NCBI GenBank assembly: GCA_965112735.1
Contig: OZ218950.1
Span: forward strand, 744,001-808,000
Direction of reading: 5' to 3'
Source of the DNA: Phaeosaccion multiseriatum
Lineage: Eukaryota > Protista > Ochrophyta, other classes
Length of the DNA: 64,000 nt
A model generated the notes under the pieces. The model was not told the origin of the DNA. It saw only the letters and a list, made by a program, of their open reading frames with translations, and ran no database searches. Position numbers and translations under genes: made by a program. Within the stretch, counting starts at the first letter, position 1. Every line of letters starts with the position of its first letter. Shown here piece after piece: positions 61,633 through 64,000 of the stretch.

Positions 61633-64000
61633 ATGCTTAGGCTCTTCGGAGCTGCGAGGGCACTTTCAGCTGCAGCTCCCTCTGCGGCAGCAACGATGCG
61701 TAGGATAGGTTCGAAAAGTGGCGCAGCAGCCGAAGCAGTAGCAGGCAAACTGCTATGGGAACCGCCGCCTCGGGCTCCAGGGTCGGAGAGCAACATGACC
61801 CTCTTCACGAGAGAGGCGGGTAGGCGGACAGGGAGGAGCTTCAAAGACTACGATGCCCTGCACACGTGGAGCGTGACGGAGACCGGGTAAGTAGGTCCTT
61901 CGCTCCTGCTCCTGTCTTCGCCTTAATACTCATCTCTCTATCTTCTCGCAGTCCCACACTCTGTTTCTCATTCGACTCTCCTCCACGAGAACAGAAATTC
62001 CCGTGGCTTCGCTGTTGAACCAGCCAACTCACCCTTGCTCCCTCCCCCCCTCTCTCCCTCTCTCCCTCCCTCCCTCCCCTCCCTTGCTTCCTCCCTCCCT
62101 CCTTCTCTCCCTCCCCCCTTCCCGAACAAGACCCTTCTGGTCGCTTGTAGCAGACTTTTGCAAGATCAAATGGAGGCGTCCTGCCAACACAGCGTACACC
62201 CCTCCCCCGACCAACGCCCACCCCATGCTGGGAGCGAAGTGGTTCCAAGGCGGCCTGCTCAACTTCGCTGAGAACCTCCTCCCGGCGGCCGACGACGATC
62301 GTGAGTGCCTCGTGTCCGAGCTGGAGGGTGGCCACACGAACAGCAGCACGCAAGTGAGGATGACGGGCAGGCAGCTCAACGCCGAAGTGGCTCGATGCGC
62401 AGCGGCTCTGCGAAGAGTCGGGGTGGTAAAGGGAGATCGCGTGGCCGGGGTGTTAACCAACGGCCCTGAGGCGCTGGTCTGTCTCCTCGCCACTACCGCC
62501 GTTGGAGCAGTGTGGAGCTCCGTATCTCCGGACTTTGGGGTGGAGGCCATCTCCGACCGACTCGGGCAACTGGAGCCCAAGGTACTGTTTGTGAGTGAGG
62601 GCTACTGGTATGGAGGCAAGTACTTCGACTGCCATCCTTTGCTCGAGCCGCTCCAAAGAGCTCTGCACATGAGTGGAAAGGAGAGAGTGGTGCGTGTGCC
62701 GTATGTTTCCTACCCCATGTACTCCTCTTCTTGTCCTCCTCACTCCGGGGGGGGAGAGGAGAAAGACCCGGAGAGAAGAAAGATGACCCCAAGCTCAACA
62801 GCAGGGGGAGGAGGAGGAGGGCAGGGCGGCGGCTCCGTGGCGTTCGGCGAGTTTCTGCGTGCCCCTCCCATTGGCAAAACCGCCGCGTCTTGTGAAGAGG
62901 AAGATACGATGATGTTTGAGGCCTTGCCCTTCGAACACCCGGTCATGGTCCTCTTTAGCTCGGGCACCACAGGTTTGCCCAAGTGCATTGTGCATTCGTG
63001 TGGAGGCACCCTGCTGCAGCAGAAGAAGGAGCTCGTGCTTCACTGCGATGTGCGGACTCAAGACAGGCTGCTCTTCCACACCACCACAGGTGCTTACGTA
63101 CCCATCTTACGTAACCCAGATACCGTACCCACCTCGTGTGTGTTGGTGTGTTTGGTTGGCCTCAACCTCCCCCCTCCGCCTGCTTCGCAACTTATTAGAG
63201 AGCCACAGATGGCAATTGCGGGCGTACCTATACCTCCCCCCCCCACCCCTCAACGCCCCTACCCATGACCCCCTCTTTCCCCCTCCCCTCGTCGCTTGGC
63301 TCGTGTCTTCTTCTCTATGCACGATTGTACAATAATTTTGACTCCTCAGGGTGGATGATGCACCCGTGGATGGCCTGCACTCTGAGCATCGACGGGGCCA
63401 CCCTGGTTACCTACGACGGGTCTCCTGGCCACCCTGTGACGGGCAAGCTCTTCTGTCTGGCGGAGGATCACCAACTCACGCACTTGGGCCTCTCTCCCAA
63501 GTACCTCTCGGCGTGCATGGGAGCAGGAGTAGACTACATGGGGGCAGGAGGAGCCCCACCCCCTCACTGCACCACTGCTACCACCACTCCCGCCATCAGC
63601 ACCAACAGCAGCAGCAGCACCACCACCACCACAAGCACCAGCAGTACCACCTCCACCAGCAGCACCAGCAGCATCAGTAGCAGTCCCGACATTGTAGACA
63701 GCACCAGCAGCAGGAGCAGTGGGTCGGACCCATGCTCGCTGCCTTCGCTGCGCTGCCTGCTTTCTACAGGTGCCCCCCTCCTTCCCGAGCACTTCGAATA
63801 TGTATTTGGCCGCATCAAGCGGCAGCTCCACCTGGCCTCCATCTCAGGAGGAACGGACATTGTCAGCTGCTTCATGCTCGGAAACCCAGACCTGCCCATC
63901 TACAGCGGAGAGCTGCAGTGCCCGGGATTAGGCATGGATGTTACCGTCTACAACACCGACACAGACGTCGATTTTGACAGTGACACAGGCACCGAGCAGC
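61633..64000 (+). CDS. AACS: Acetoacetyl-CoA synthetase (acetoacetate-CoA ligase), probable mitochondrial presequence, runs off the window
   Basis: Exons 61633-61886, 62131-63089, 63350-end. Motifs DYDALHTWSV, WFQGGLLNFAENLL, SSVSPDFG, FSSGTTGLPKCIVH, TTTGWMM, SISGGTDIVSCF, GELQCPGLGMDV. Confidence 0.92.

Overview
Eukaryotic, intron- and microsatellite-rich DNA; gene content suggests a stramenopile alga (inference). The left 38 kb is a head-to-tail array of five ~6 kb units. Each unit holds one minus-strand gene made of tandem CTVEGC-x9-C-x2-H zinc-finger repeats (WRKY19-like/GCK type; 7-12 fingers, 42 in total) plus a duplicated 3' portion of the neighbouring large gene. The main discovery is a CRE-clade non-LTR retrotransposon (RT plus restriction-like endonuclease, with an N-terminal C2H2 finger and two RING-like fingers). 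It is present three times: apparently full length at 26363-33107, and 5'-truncated at 873-4009 and 4328-4495. All three copies sit at the same nucleotide of the zinc-finger coding repeat, antisense to the host gene, with 12-bp target-site duplications and no poly(A). In the host-gene orientation the element end carries a perfect GAG|GTAAGT donor, and the TSD supplies an AG in the same phase, so the insertion could be spliced out in frame (untested). The finger arrays are shuffled between copies and are hypervariable at four residues directly after the insertion point. The right part holds a ~19.6 kb multi-exon EF-hand/ARM-like gene (-), a Pmp/pectin-lyase-repeat multi-TM protein gene (+) and the 5' part of acetoacetyl-CoA synthetase (+). 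All calls come from manual reading; no searches were run.
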